Positions 29,421 through 39,584 of a stretch of 64,000 nucleotides of DNA are shown one piece after another (position 1 is the stretch's first letter; every line of letters starts with the position of its first letter). The notes beneath the pieces were generated by a model. That model was not told where the DNA came from, ran no database searches, and saw nothing but the letters and a program-made list of their open reading frames with translations. The stretch is from Patescibacteria group bacterium. Lineage in GTDB: Bacteria; Patescibacteriota; Microgenomatia; UBA1400; PJMF01. The stretch spans positions 515,271-579,270 of the forward strand of contig BOKR01000001.1 in NCBI GenBank assembly GCA_016861085.1, given 5' to 3'. Made by a program: the position numbers and the translations under genes.

Positions 29421-31104
29421 ACACAAAAAAATAATTGTCAGTTTGTTTGTTATTTTTGTTTTAATAATTTTTTCAAATAGGCAATTACTAAGAGATGTAG
29501 TGTATGAAAGTGATGATTATAAGTTACACGCTGTGCGAGTTGCTAATTACTATTTGGCTCTCAAGCAAGGGCAGTTCCCAGTGAGATGGGGCCCAAATCT
29601 AAACGGCGGATATGGCTATCCTTCTTTTAACTACATGTATCACACTCCTTATTTCATCGGTGCTGTACTGCATTCTACTGGATTTAGTGTACAAGAAAGT
29701 CTTAATCTAACGGTGCTTTTATCTCTTCTGCTGGCGAGTGTTAGTTGCTATTTTTTTGTGCGATCATACAGTACATCTGAACCTTGGAATATGTTATTAG
29801 CACTTTTTTTTGTTCTTAATCCTTATATCTTATTAAATGTTTATTGGAGAGGTGCAATCGGTGAACTATTCTTTTACGCTACAACCCCCCTTTTCTTTTT
29901 GGGTATAAAACACTTACTAGAAGGTAGAAAAAAAGATTTTTACTTTCTACTGACTGCAACTTCAGTTATGATATTGACACTTTCTCACCTGCCTTCACTT
30001 ATTCCACTTCTCTTACTTTTTATCTTTTTTATTGTAACGAATAAAGAAAAACTCTCAATCAAAAAGGCAATCTTTATTGTTTTTGCTTGTGTGTTAGGAT
30101 TCCTGTTAAGCGCTTGGTATTGGATTCCTGCCTATTTTGAACAGTGGATGGTTATCTATGAAAATGCTGGGTCATTAGCGAAATATCAAACGCAGTTTGT
30201 AAATAGTATTAATTTATTTACTATCTCGAAATCAGGCAACAGTAGCGAGTTTTTTAAAGATGTTTTACAAATTGGAAGCATATCAGTTGTAGCATTTGTT
30301 TTTGGAATAGCGTTATTGCGAAAAACAAAAAAAAATACTACATGGCTGCTACTCATCATCATTTGCCTTGTTTTAATTTCAGAAGCTTCTTTACCACTTT
30401 GGAACAAATTTACACCTCTACAATATGTGCAGTTTCCTTGGAGATTTTTATGGATAATTATTTTTTCTACAGTAATGATACTAATACATATTGTTACTGA
30501 GAAAAAAGTTTCACATTTCATAAAAAAAATCATAGCTACAAGCATTTTTCTTGGATTGATTATATCCACAAGATCGTATGTTATTAACAAAGGAGAAACT
30601 AATAGACTAGACTTTGATTGGTATCATCCAACTTTTGAAACCGGTTCAAGCTTCAATGAACACTTGCCAGTTTGGGCCAAGACTTCATACTACTTTCCCG
30701 ATGAGCTGCTGTATGTCACTGCAACACAAGCTGCGACACTACAAAAGAACAATCTAGTAACGAGCATCCATAAACTTTCAGAATTACAGCCGACAATTCT
30801 AAAATTTGATGGAAAGACTATTTCATATTCAATTCATCCTGACCAAGAAATCATCGTATTATTTAAACGCCTGTTTTACCCCGGCTGGGAGGCTTCACTT
30901 GAGAAAGAAAAGCAGAAAATAATAATAAATATTCCTGAATATGAAGGGATTATTGCAGTTACAGTACCTAATCAGAAATCAACGGTAACGATCGATTTTA
31001 CTGGTTTTACACCATTAAGAAAATGTGCTGAAATCATTTCTGTATTTTCCTTCCTGTTTCTAGTCGGACAAATTATTTTTAAACAGTATAAAATGAGGAT
31101 ATGA
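29395..31104 (+). CDS. GT-C membrane protein, YfhO / 'PTPS-related' family
   Basis: DDYKLH, GQFPVRWGPNLNGGYGYPSFNY, YWRGAIGE, QFPWRF, FYPGW. Confidence 0.82.
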   Translation: MNFYKLLSKHKKIIVSLFVIFVLIIFSNRQLLRDVVYESDDYKLHAVRVANYYLALKQGQFPVRWGPNLNGGYGYPSFNYMYHTPYFIGAVLHSTGFSVQESLNLTVLLSLLLASVSCYFFVRSYSTSEPWNMLLALFFVLNPYILLNVYWRGAIGELFFYATTPLFFLGIKHLLEGRKKDFYFLLTATSVMILTLSHLPSLIPLLLLFIFFIVTNKEKLSIKKAIFIVFACVLGFLLSAWYWIPAYFEQWMVIYENAGSLAKYQTQFVNSINLFTISKSGNSSEFFKDVLQIGSISVVAFVFGIALLRKTKKNTTWLLLIIICLVLISEASLPLWNKFTPLQYVQFPWRFLWIIIFSTVMILIHIVTEKKVSHFIKKIIATSIFLGLIISTRSYVINKGETNRLDFDWYHPTFETGSSFNEHLPVWAKTSYYFPDELLYVTATQAATLQKNNLVTSIHKLSELQPTILKFDGKTISYSIHPDQEIIVLFKRLFYPGWEASLEKEKQKIIINIPEYEGIIAVTVPNQKSTVTIDFTGFTPLRKCAEIISVFSFLFLVGQIIFKQYKMRI

Positions 31105-32929
31105 CCAATATGCTAAAAAAAATGACTAAAGCAAGTTTGTTACTTCTCACTCTGATTTTCGGAATTGGAATCTTCACTCGATTTTATGCTATTTCTACTA
31201 TTCCACCATTTATTCCTCACGATGAGCTTGGTTATTTTATTAATGCCAAAGCGCTACAACTTTCTGGTACAGATATAACTGGCACTTGGAATCCATTTTC
31301 TTTAGTTCCAGTAACACCAACCTTAGCTGAATTAACTACACATCTGATTGTCTTATTTAACTGGCTTCCAATTAGCCAAATAGTAGCTGCAAAGTTACCA
31401 TTCTTACTCATGAGCCTACTTTTACCATTTCTAATTGCAGGAATCTCATATGAATTTACAAAATCAAAACAGGTATCAGTCTTTGCTTGGGTCATTACGC
31501 TCTTTAATCCTTGGGTATGGCAAATTGGTAGAATGCCATTTGATGGATATGCAAGCTTCTTTTTTATACCTTTGGTGCCTATGTATTATTAAAATTAAAG
31601 GATTGGCAAAAGTTGTGGTCTATTCCAATCTTATTTGTTGGCTTCTATCAGTATCAGGGTCATAAGTTAGTTTTTTTGTTCTGGGTTTTTGCTTTCTTTT
31701 TATATTCAATAAAATCGCATTTAGTCATCTCAAAAAATAGTATTAAAACAATTAAAAATTTTCCAGTTAAGCGAATTATTCCTCAGATTATTGTTTTGCT
31801 TTTCTCATTTTTATTGTTCACCTTCTACCTTTTCGTGCAGCTGCCAAATCACAAAAGTAAAGATAGATTAAACACTCTATTTACTCCAAGTTCTTCTGAG
31901 ATTGCTCAACTGGTTAATGAGCAAAGAAGATTGAGTCTGGATTCTCCATTAAATAAGGTATTCATAAATAAGTATAGTATTTGGACTGGTAAGATATTTG
32001 AGCGTTTTACAGAGACTTATGGTTTTCACTTTTTATTTCTTGAAGGACAAGTAAGCAATTCTGCATGGAGTGTTTGGAATCATGGTATTTTTTATATTGT
32101 TGATGCAGTTCTAATTATATTTGGTTTTATTTACTTGATTATTTCCAAGAGACAGCGACTCCTGTTGTTCTTGCTTTCACTTCTTGCCATTCTTGTTGTT
32201 CCAAGCTTGATATCTTCAGACAGATCATATTTCTTTAGATCATCACTCAATATTTCCATTTTAATTTTTGCTGCATCACTTGGTGCTGAATTTATCAGAA
32301 AATATTTTCCAAAAATTATTCAATTATTCTTTGTCCTTATCTATGCAATAAGTATCTTTCATTTTGCTTATCTATATTTTGTGCGCTACCCAATTATTGC
32401 CTCTGATAGGCAGTTTTTTAGTGATAGAGTTCTGGCCGAATATTTACGAAGAGTTCCTGAAACCCAAAAAGTTGTCCTCTTTAGCCCTGAGCCAGAATTT
32501 ACTGTTTCTACATATCTATTTTTTAATAATATACTAAACAAAGATACCATCTCTGAAATTCAAAACGCATATAAACTTCAAAACTATCAAATTGGAGCTA
32601 AAAAATTTATTGGCGATTGTTTACCAATCGAAATAGTTAATTCAGATGAAGTTGTAATTAGTAGACATGATATTAGAAGGTGTGAACCAAATGAAGACAC
32701 CACTTTAAACTCAGAACCTGTCACTGACATTCAAACTTTTTACAACTCACTCCAGATTCAAGCAATCAAAGATAGCGGAACGTACTATCACATTTATAAT
32801 GATCAGCTTTGTTCTGGCTTAGAGATAAATCCATATCTTAGAATTGTGAGCCCTAATCAATTTGATTTTGGAGCAATGTCAGATAAGGAATTTTGCCAAG
32901 CTTGGATTTCAAAATTAATTGAAAATTAA
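31101..32929 (+). pseudogene. GT-C glycosyltransferase (DE subtype) split by a -1 frameshift at the T6 run 31560-31565
   Basis: The 5' ORF has PPFIPHDELGY..SGTD and NPW..GR. Adding one T gives ..SFFFYTFGAYVLLKLKDWQKLWSIPI.., continuous with ORF 31613..32929 (609 aa total). Confidence 0.8.
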
Positions 32930-33495
32930 TTAACTTTCAGATATGTGGCGTTGTACCACAGTTTATCTTTAAGTAACTCTTTTTCTTTGGGGATGTAATC
33001 AAACATTCCAACAACCTTCTGCATTTCCTCAATTGACTCAACAAACGCAAATACATACTCTGTGTCAGTAGCTTTAATGAGAACAAAATCATTCCCTTTT
33101 GAAACAATTTCACCGGGAAACTCATTTGTTATTTTTTTAAGTGCCTCGTCTGCTGTACTAGAAACAACTGCATCAAGACTTCGTAGATAAGTCGAATCAT
33201 AATAAAATAGTGGAGTTACAGCATCAGCTACAGAAATAATTCTGAATGTGCCGTAAAAACCAGTAAATTCTTCATCTCGTAAAAAAGTCCCTGGGCTAAA
33301 CCGTTCTCTGAATTCCCAATATTTTTCTGGATCAAACTCATTTGCTAACAAATCTCTTTTGAGTTTTTCAAATAACCCAATTCGATAATCGGAATTAAAT
33401 TTTGGCTTGAGATAAGGATGCTGAAAAACCGAGACTACCATAACAAGAACTGCAACTATAATGAAAAAAAGTCGATTCGAAGGCTGAGTAATCAT
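32926..33495 (-). CDS. Hypothetical single-TM membrane-anchored protein (paralog of 25490..26089)
   Basis: N-terminal TM, QHPYLK and WEFRERFSPG. Divergent from a YfhO-like gene with a 38-bp gap. Confidence 0.72.
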   Translation of the reverse strand: MITQPSNRLFFIIVAVLVMVVSVFQHPYLKPKFNSDYRIGLFEKLKRDLLANEFDPEKYWEFRERFSPGTFLRDEEFTGFYGTFRIISVADAVTPLFYYDSTYLRSLDAVVSSTADEALKKITNEFPGEIVSKGNDFVLIKATDTEYVFAFVESIEEMQKVVGMFDYIPKEKELLKDKLWYNATYLKVN

Positions 33496-33501
33496 GAATT
33501 T

Positions 33502-33527
33502 ATTATAGCACTACAATGAGGTATACT
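33502..33527. promoter_or_regulatory. Back-to-back leaderless promoters: TGCTATAAT (minus, 33502-33510) and TATACT (plus, 33522-33527)
   Basis: Each -10 hexamer lies exactly 6 nt from its ATG (33495 and 33534). Confidence 0.65.
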
Positions 33528-33533
33528 TGATCC

Positions 33534-35201
33534 ATGCAATTTACTTCTAGACTTGTGTTAGGGCTCTTACTCGTTCTTGTTAGTTTTATAAGCTTAGCAG
33601 ATTTAATTTATAGGCCGGGACATCCGGTAACTTTTGATGGGCATGTGCACATGACCACAATGAACCAATTTGCACAAAGCTTATATGATGGTGAGTTTCC
33701 CGTTACTTGGGCAAATAATTTTGCCAATTTTGGTCACCCATTACCAATAATTGCACACCAAGTACCAGCATATTTAGGTGCTACTTTAATATTACTCGGA
33801 TTTTCCACAGAGCTTGCGTACATCTCATTAATTTCTGTATCTGTTCTTTTTTCTAGCTTTTTGTTTTATGCTTTCTTTAGAAAATTTGCTGATCAAGCAC
33901 TTTCACTTACAGCAACTGTTTTTTCTGTATTTTTTCCGTATAGAGTATTAAACATTTATACAAGAGGTGGACTCCCTGAATTAATGGCAACAATTTTTCT
34001 CCCCATTTTGTTGCTTGCTGTATGGAACGTCCAAAAAAAGAAGTATTTTAAGGCGACTTTACTCTTTTATATAGGTGTACTTGGTACTGCACTGACACAC
34101 CCCATGATGCTTGTTATTTTTTGTGTTCCTGTACTAGCATACTTTTTTTATGGATTAGATAAAAAACATTTAAAAAAAGAATTGCAAATAGCAGTTGTTG
34201 GCGCTAGTTTAGGCATACTCAGTGCGAGCTACTATCTTATCCCTCTTTTAATTGAGATGCGCTATTTTTACCAATCAAGGGTTGAAAAAGCTGTCGGAGC
34301 AGACACCTTTTTAACAGTCAAGCAACTTTATGATCCTACTTGGTACTATACACTCACACATCCGGGTCCAAGAGGTAACTATATCAAGTTAGGAACAATT
34401 GAGTGTATCATTTTAGCTCTCGCAGTAACAATATTAGTCTCACTATTACTGCTACCAAAACACCAATATATAAAAAAATACTTTAACAAAGATACGGCAA
34501 AAAATTTACTTTTTTGGACGAGCCTAAGTGGTTTGTTATTACTACTTATGTTACCTATTAGTAAACTACTGTATTCACTTCCTGTAATATATCAAATTCA
34601 ATATCCTTGGAGATTTTTAGCGGCATTACAAATTACTATTCCTTTGGTTTTTATTTTTCTCATTCAAACTTTTAAAAAACTGAACAACTTTTATATTTTT
34701 ATTGTTTGTATTGCGTTAGTTTTGTGGTTTAGAATTCCACAGTTCTACGGCAAGAACTATATTGTCCAACCTGAAAGTGATTATTTTTTTAATCAAGCAA
34801 ATTTACACAGCACTAACTTCAATACAGTATGGTCTAGTAATACTGAAGACTACGAGAAAAAAACCGTCCAAGCGAAAATAATTGAGGGAGCAGGCGAGCT
34901 CACAATACTAGAAGAAAAGAATGCAAGCCGCCTATATAAAACCAAAAGTGATTTCGAATTGAGACTACTAGACTATACTTTTTACTTTCCAGGATGGACT
35001 ACATATGTTGATGGGTCACCAGTTATTATTGAGTATCAAGATCCAAGCTACAGAGGCTTAATTACTTATAAGGTCCCTTCAGGAGAACATGAGATTAAAG
35101 TTGTATACGAATATTCAAAAGTAAGATTAGTCGGGTTATTAGCAACAGTTGTAGGGCTGCTAGCATTTCCAGTAGTTTTATTTATTATTCGAAAAAAATA
35201 G
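33534..35201 (+). CDS. GT-C membrane protein, YfhO / 'PTPS-related' family (closest paralog of 23772..25469)
   Basis: DGHVH, GEFPVTW..FANFGHP, YTRGGLPE, QYPWRF, NLHSTNFNTVW, YTFYFPGW..VPSGEHEI. Confidence 0.82.
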   Translation: MQFTSRLVLGLLLVLVSFISLADLIYRPGHPVTFDGHVHMTTMNQFAQSLYDGEFPVTWANNFANFGHPLPIIAHQVPAYLGATLILLGFSTELAYISLISVSVLFSSFLFYAFFRKFADQALSLTATVFSVFFPYRVLNIYTRGGLPELMATIFLPILLLAVWNVQKKKYFKATLLFYIGVLGTALTHPMMLVIFCVPVLAYFFYGLDKKHLKKELQIAVVGASLGILSASYYLIPLLIEMRYFYQSRVEKAVGADTFLTVKQLYDPTWYYTLTHPGPRGNYIKLGTIECIILALAVTILVSLLLLPKHQYIKKYFNKDTAKNLLFWTSLSGLLLLLMLPISKLLYSLPVIYQIQYPWRFLAALQITIPLVFIFLIQTFKKLNNFYIFIVCIALVLWFRIPQFYGKNYIVQPESDYFFNQANLHSTNFNTVWSSNTEDYEKKTVQAKIIEGAGELTILEEKNASRLYKTKSDFELRLLDYTFYFPGWTTYVDGSPVIIEYQDPSYRGLITYKVPSGEHEIKVVYEYSKVRLVGLLATVVGLLAFPVVLFIIRKK

Positions 35202-36353
35202 CTTGTGCTTTCTTGAAAATAGTATTGCCAGAACAGCTAATAGTAACAAACCTGAACCTATGGAAAATGTTACAGTATGCACAGACGTTGCATCAATATA
35301 TTTACCAATGTAGTACGCACCAAAAACGTATGGTATATTGGCTAACATACTATACGTTGAAAGCGTAGTGGCTCTATATTTAGAAATAGTTTCAGAATTA
35401 ATTGTTGCACTTGCGTTGTTTCCAAACAATTCAATCAGACCATTTCTTAGCACAATAACAACAGTACCCAAAATGACCGATGTGTATGGAATGATTACCA
35501 TACTTACAGAAATAAACACCGCAAATAGCAGGACTGACTTCCAAACTCCAATTCGTCGTGAAATGGGCAATGCCATCTGACCAAAAATTGATGAAACAAA
35601 ATACATTCCAAAAACAATGAGACCAAGCTGTGAGCTATTCCACCCTTGCTCAACTAATTGAGAATCAATTAAAACATGACCATTAATAACAACGAACATT
35701 GTCAAAAGAATTAATAACATATTTTTTATCAGTACCCGCCTTGACTTAAATAATTCCCTAAAGCCATATATATTCTGCTTAATATAGTTACTCCAAGTAA
35801 AGACTTCAGAATCAATTGGTGGCTCTTTCAAAAATAGGCTCAAAAAAATGGCTACGAAAATCATTAGAGCTAAACCAAGGAATGGATATCCAGGATTCAT
35901 TTTATATAAAATGCCGCCAAATATACTTGAAACTGCCAAAGAAGCCATTTTGAAGCTTGAGATATTACTCAATACTTTTTGATATGTTTGCTCGCGTTTT
36001 TCTGTAAGTAGTGTGTCATATACTAATGCTTCAACTGTTCCAGATGAAAAAGCAGAGCTAATAGTTGCCATTACGACACCAAGAGCCAAAAAAGAAAATG
36101 AATCTGCTGTACCCATGAAAATATAACCTATGAAACCAAACAGATATGATACTGTCAAGGTATATTTCTTTCCCAACATATCAGCGATAGCTCCTGTTGG
36201 GATTTCGGCTAATACAGAGGTTATAATCATTATAGATTCTAGTACCCCGATCCCTGAGTAATCTGTATGCAGTAGATAAAAAAGTACCCAGATTGGTGCC
36301 CAAAAACGACTATAATTAAGGATTGTAAGAATATATACAAGTTTGATATTCAC
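35178..36353 (-). CDS. MFS transporter
   Basis: EIPTGAIADMLGKK (motif A-like), SGTVEALVYDTL and RATTLS, with about 12 TM helices. Confidence 0.88.
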   Translation of the reverse strand: MNIKLVYILTILNYSRFWAPIWVLFYLLHTDYSGIGVLESIMIITSVLAEIPTGAIADMLGKKYTLTVSYLFGFIGYIFMGTADSFSFLALGVVMATISSAFSSGTVEALVYDTLLTEKREQTYQKVLSNISSFKMASLAVSSIFGGILYKMNPGYPFLGLALMIFVAIFLSLFLKEPPIDSEVFTWSNYIKQNIYGFRELFKSRRVLIKNMLLILLTMFVVINGHVLIDSQLVEQGWNSSQLGLIVFGMYFVSSIFGQMALPISRRIGVWKSVLLFAVFISVSMVIIPYTSVILGTVVIVLRNGLIELFGNNASATINSETISKYRATTLSTYSMLANIPYVFGAYYIGKYIDATSVHTVTFSIGSGLLLLAVLAILFSRKHKLFFSNNK

Positions 36354-36356
36354 AAC

Positions 36357-37982
36357 CTACTCCACACTCTGTTTTGTTCTGAAAAATTGGAATCGAACTG
36401 ATCCATCAGCCCCATAGATAATATGATCAGCTTGTTCTATTGGGAGATCATCCATTCCACTGCCGACAATCAGCGTATTTTTTCGTAAGAAATCTCCCAT
36501 ATTAATTTTGTCAGTAAATTCATATTTAATAAGCGAACCACCCTGATACCAAATTGGGTTGGTCTTTCTAACAAATAATGCATAGATGTATGGTTGACCA
36601 TAATCTGAAGTAAAAATTATTTTTTCAACAGGTTCAGTTCCTTCACCAGTTTCGTATTTTTGAGCAAGTCGAAATGCCTCAAGGTATCCGTCATTAAAAT
36701 CATTCGTAGAAGCTTGAGCAAAGTTTGTAAAATAATGCCAAACAAACGATACAGAAAACAAAACATGTATTGCAATCATACTCCCGACAAATGACTTAAC
36801 AACAATATTTTTTTCCTTATGAGTACCAGAAACTTGGATATTTAGTTTTGACTTCTCAAGTATATTGATTATGTAATCAAGTCCAAAGACAGCCAAAAAA
36901 ATAAATCCTGGTAATGCGAGTAACGCTCTATTCGCATGTGGTACTTCCATAGCCACACTAGCAGGTAGTAGTCCCGCAAAAATAATACCAAGAGATAATA
37001 GTTGGTATTTGAAGCTACTTGATTTCTTGCTCTGTCTTAAAATAGAAATTACTCCAGCTGTTACCAAAAAGAAAGTTGTAATAAATAGTACTCCCAAATA
37101 TCCCGCTCCATGTCTTAAAGTTGTTGTTTCACCTCTGAGTAAAAATTCCGGTGAAAGATGAACTGCATAACTTTTAATAACGTATGCTAGTTTTTGAATT
37201 AAGCCTAAATCTGAAGAAAAAATTGTCACCCCAGCTCTTGTTAATCCCTTACCAAACACCGAGTCCAGAATAAATGGAATCAAACCAACTACAAAAATGG
37301 TTAGTGGTAAAACAATTCTTTTTAAATTTGTGATAATTTGTCTAGAAAATAAAACAATAAATATGAATCCAAGAACTGGTAGCGCTATTTTAGCGCTGTG
37401 ATATGTATAAATTGCCGCGTCAAAAAGCACTGCAGCACCAAATAATAAATGTGGTTTTTTAAAATCTGCTTTGAGTGCTTTAATACAAAAAAGCAATCCC
37501 CAGATAATAAAAGCTAACGCAATCCCTGATTCAAATCCAGCCCGAGAAAAATGAATGTGCCAAGGAGATGTTGTTATTAAAACACCAGCAAGAAGTGCAA
37601 ATAATTTTTTATATCTATGTGTTTCAAATATCTCTTCAGTAAGAATTATTATTCCTAGGATAGCGAGTAATGAGAATACTGCAAAGGGAAGTCTAACTGC
37701 AAATAGGTTCATGCCAAATAGGTATGTAGAAATTCCGTTCATATAAATAGCCAACGGGGCCTTATAGTCTCCAAACGACATAAAGCTCACAGGTAAGAAA
37801 TTGAGCCATTCATCTCTTCTTGTATGTACAACAGCATATCCGTTATATCCTATTGCTGCCTCATCCCAGGTCATTCCATGAGGTACATCAGCTAGCTGAT
37901 AAAATCTAATGAATACTGCTATCAACAATATCCCCAAAACAGAAAAGAAATACCAATGTTTGTTTAATACAGTACCTATCAT
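36357..37982 (-). CDS. GT-C membrane glycosyltransferase (ArnT/PMT_2-like, DE subtype)
   Basis: PHGMTWDEAAIGYN..DEW..SFGDYKAP, SPWHIHFSR.GFE, YHSAK, HLSPEFL, YGQPYIY. Confidence 0.87.
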   Translation of the reverse strand: MIGTVLNKHWYFFSVLGILLIAVFIRFYQLADVPHGMTWDEAAIGYNGYAVVHTRRDEWLNFLPVSFMSFGDYKAPLAIYMNGISTYLFGMNLFAVRLPFAVFSLLAILGIIILTEEIFETHRYKKLFALLAGVLITTSPWHIHFSRAGFESGIALAFIIWGLLFCIKALKADFKKPHLLFGAAVLFDAAIYTYHSAKIALPVLGFIFIVLFSRQIITNLKRIVLPLTIFVVGLIPFILDSVFGKGLTRAGVTIFSSDLGLIQKLAYVIKSYAVHLSPEFLLRGETTTLRHGAGYLGVLFITTFFLVTAGVISILRQSKKSSSFKYQLLSLGIIFAGLLPASVAMEVPHANRALLALPGFIFLAVFGLDYIINILEKSKLNIQVSGTHKEKNIVVKSFVGSMIAIHVLFSVSFVWHYFTNFAQASTNDFNDGYLEAFRLAQKYETGEGTEPVEKIIFTSDYGQPYIYALFVRKTNPIWYQGGSLIKYEFTDKINMGDFLRKNTLIVGSGMDDLPIEQADHIIYGADGSVRFQFFRTKQSVE

Positions 37983-37989
37983 AGTTTTA

Positions 37990-39558
37990 CTATTCCTTCA
38001 TTGGTGTAGCCGTGTACACCACTAGCCTGTCCCCAAATTCTTTTTGAGAAATGATTTGATCATACTTTTGACGCCCCCACCAATTTCCCAATAACTCAGA
38101 ATCCTGTTTATCAGTCACAATATAGTAAATGACTTTTGGTCTACCTTGCCATCTTTGACCATATCTTGTATCAATTTCATCTAGGAGGTCAACCTTTTCC
38201 TTGACATAATTTGGTACTCCTGGTTCATATGCAAATTCAAGAGGCAACACTTCTCCTTGTAAGCCCTGAGCTAAAAATTCATACTGAAATGGAAAATCAT
38301 AAATATCTGGTTGATAGGTGTATACCGAAAAATCTCTTTCCCCAGCATCCAATCTAATATACTCAATAACCTTTTGTTTTGTTATGTACATTCCTGAGTC
38401 AGTTACAAATTTTGGTTTTTCTATCAAAAGAAAATAATGTAATCTACTGAGAGCTGTCAAAACATATAGTGCAATAAAAACGATAACAAATTGCTTATTT
38501 AGCTTATGTACCACTGTTCCGACTAAAATCGTTGCCACAGGAATAAGTGGGTACACATACCATAAATTAAAGTGTAAAAATAAAAACCCAAGTGTAGGTA
38601 TCAAAAAAAATACGCCTGAGATCAAAAAAATTTTTCTTAATTGCAAATCAATTTTCTTATTTTTATATATAAACCAAACAGAAAAAATAATAAAAAATAA
38701 AAATAAATAACCTAACCATGGTGCTGTCATATCTGGTCGTGATTCAAAAATAATATTTCTTGTTTCACCAAAAATTGTGTTTATTACGTGCTCGACTTTA
38801 TTGGTGCTCAGACCATCACCCTCACCACCCCTGGAAAAATATTCAATGATTGCTTTTGCTTGTGGAAAATTATTTTTAAATTCGAACAAGAGTTGCGGAA
38901 TAAATGGTACCGCAAAAGAAATAACAGCAATCAAAATATTTTTTAGTGATGGCCAAAGTTTATGTAGCAGTAGTACTAACAAAATAATAACCGGATAAAA
39001 AATAGCAAAAGCCGAAGAAAAATGAAATCCCAAACTTGCCGTTAGTGCTAAACCTGCTAGTAATTTGTTGTCAATTTTTTTGAGCTGAACCTGCTTAAGT
39101 AGCAACACGATAATAATAATTGTGAGTAAAGTCATTGGATATGGGTTCCAAGCACTTTTCGAAATCATTAACCAAAATCCAGAGAAACCTATGATTACTG
39201 CTGATTCTAAGTTGAAATATCTATAAACCAAAAACATTTGCAATAGTACTAATATGCTCATTGCAACGGCCGCAGAAGCAGGATTAAGTCCAGAAATAAG
39301 ATAAAAAGGTGCCAATAAATAATACCAAGCTGGTCCAAAATAGAGTCCTGGAATACTGGTCCAGGGCCCAATAAATTTTAACTCTGGAATTGAAATCATG
39401 TGTAAAATTGCAAGAGAATCCTTACCGTGGTCGAATAAAAAAGGAACAACATTATCTTGAATATATGAAAATCTCATTACAGCAGCCAAAAAAAATAATG
39501 CTAAAAACCATTTATGTTTTGCTATAATTTTCTTACTATTCTTTGTAATTAATTTCAT
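37990..39558 (-). CDS. GT-C membrane glycosyltransferase (ArnT/PMT_2-like, DHxKD subtype; paralog of 22233..23792)
   Basis: MRF..PFLFDHGKD..FIGPWTS..GPAWYY and WNP. Alternative GTG start at 39567. Confidence 0.8.
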   Translation of the reverse strand: MKLITKNSKKIIAKHKWFLALFFLAAVMRFSYIQDNVVPFLFDHGKDSLAILHMISIPELKFIGPWTSIPGLYFGPAWYYLLAPFYLISGLNPASAAVAMSILVLLQMFLVYRYFNLESAVIIGFSGFWLMISKSAWNPYPMTLLTIIIIVLLLKQVQLKKIDNKLLAGLALTASLGFHFSSAFAIFYPVIILLVLLLHKLWPSLKNILIAVISFAVPFIPQLLFEFKNNFPQAKAIIEYFSRGGEGDGLSTNKVEHVINTIFGETRNIIFESRPDMTAPWLGYLFLFFIIFSVWFIYKNKKIDLQLRKIFLISGVFFLIPTLGFLFLHFNLWYVYPLIPVATILVGTVVHKLNKQFVIVFIALYVLTALSRLHYFLLIEKPKFVTDSGMYITKQKVIEYIRLDAGERDFSVYTYQPDIYDFPFQYEFLAQGLQGEVLPLEFAYEPGVPNYVKEKVDLLDEIDTRYGQRWQGRPKVIYYIVTDKQDSELLGNWWGRQKYDQIISQKEFGDRLVVYTATPMKE

Positions 39559-39584
39559 ATTTTTCACATCGTTTTCACGATATA

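Noticed and set aside
31435-31665. 76-aa ORF bridging the split GT-C
   Set aside because: It is in the third frame. The true continuation is the frame of 31613..32929, reached by one added T.
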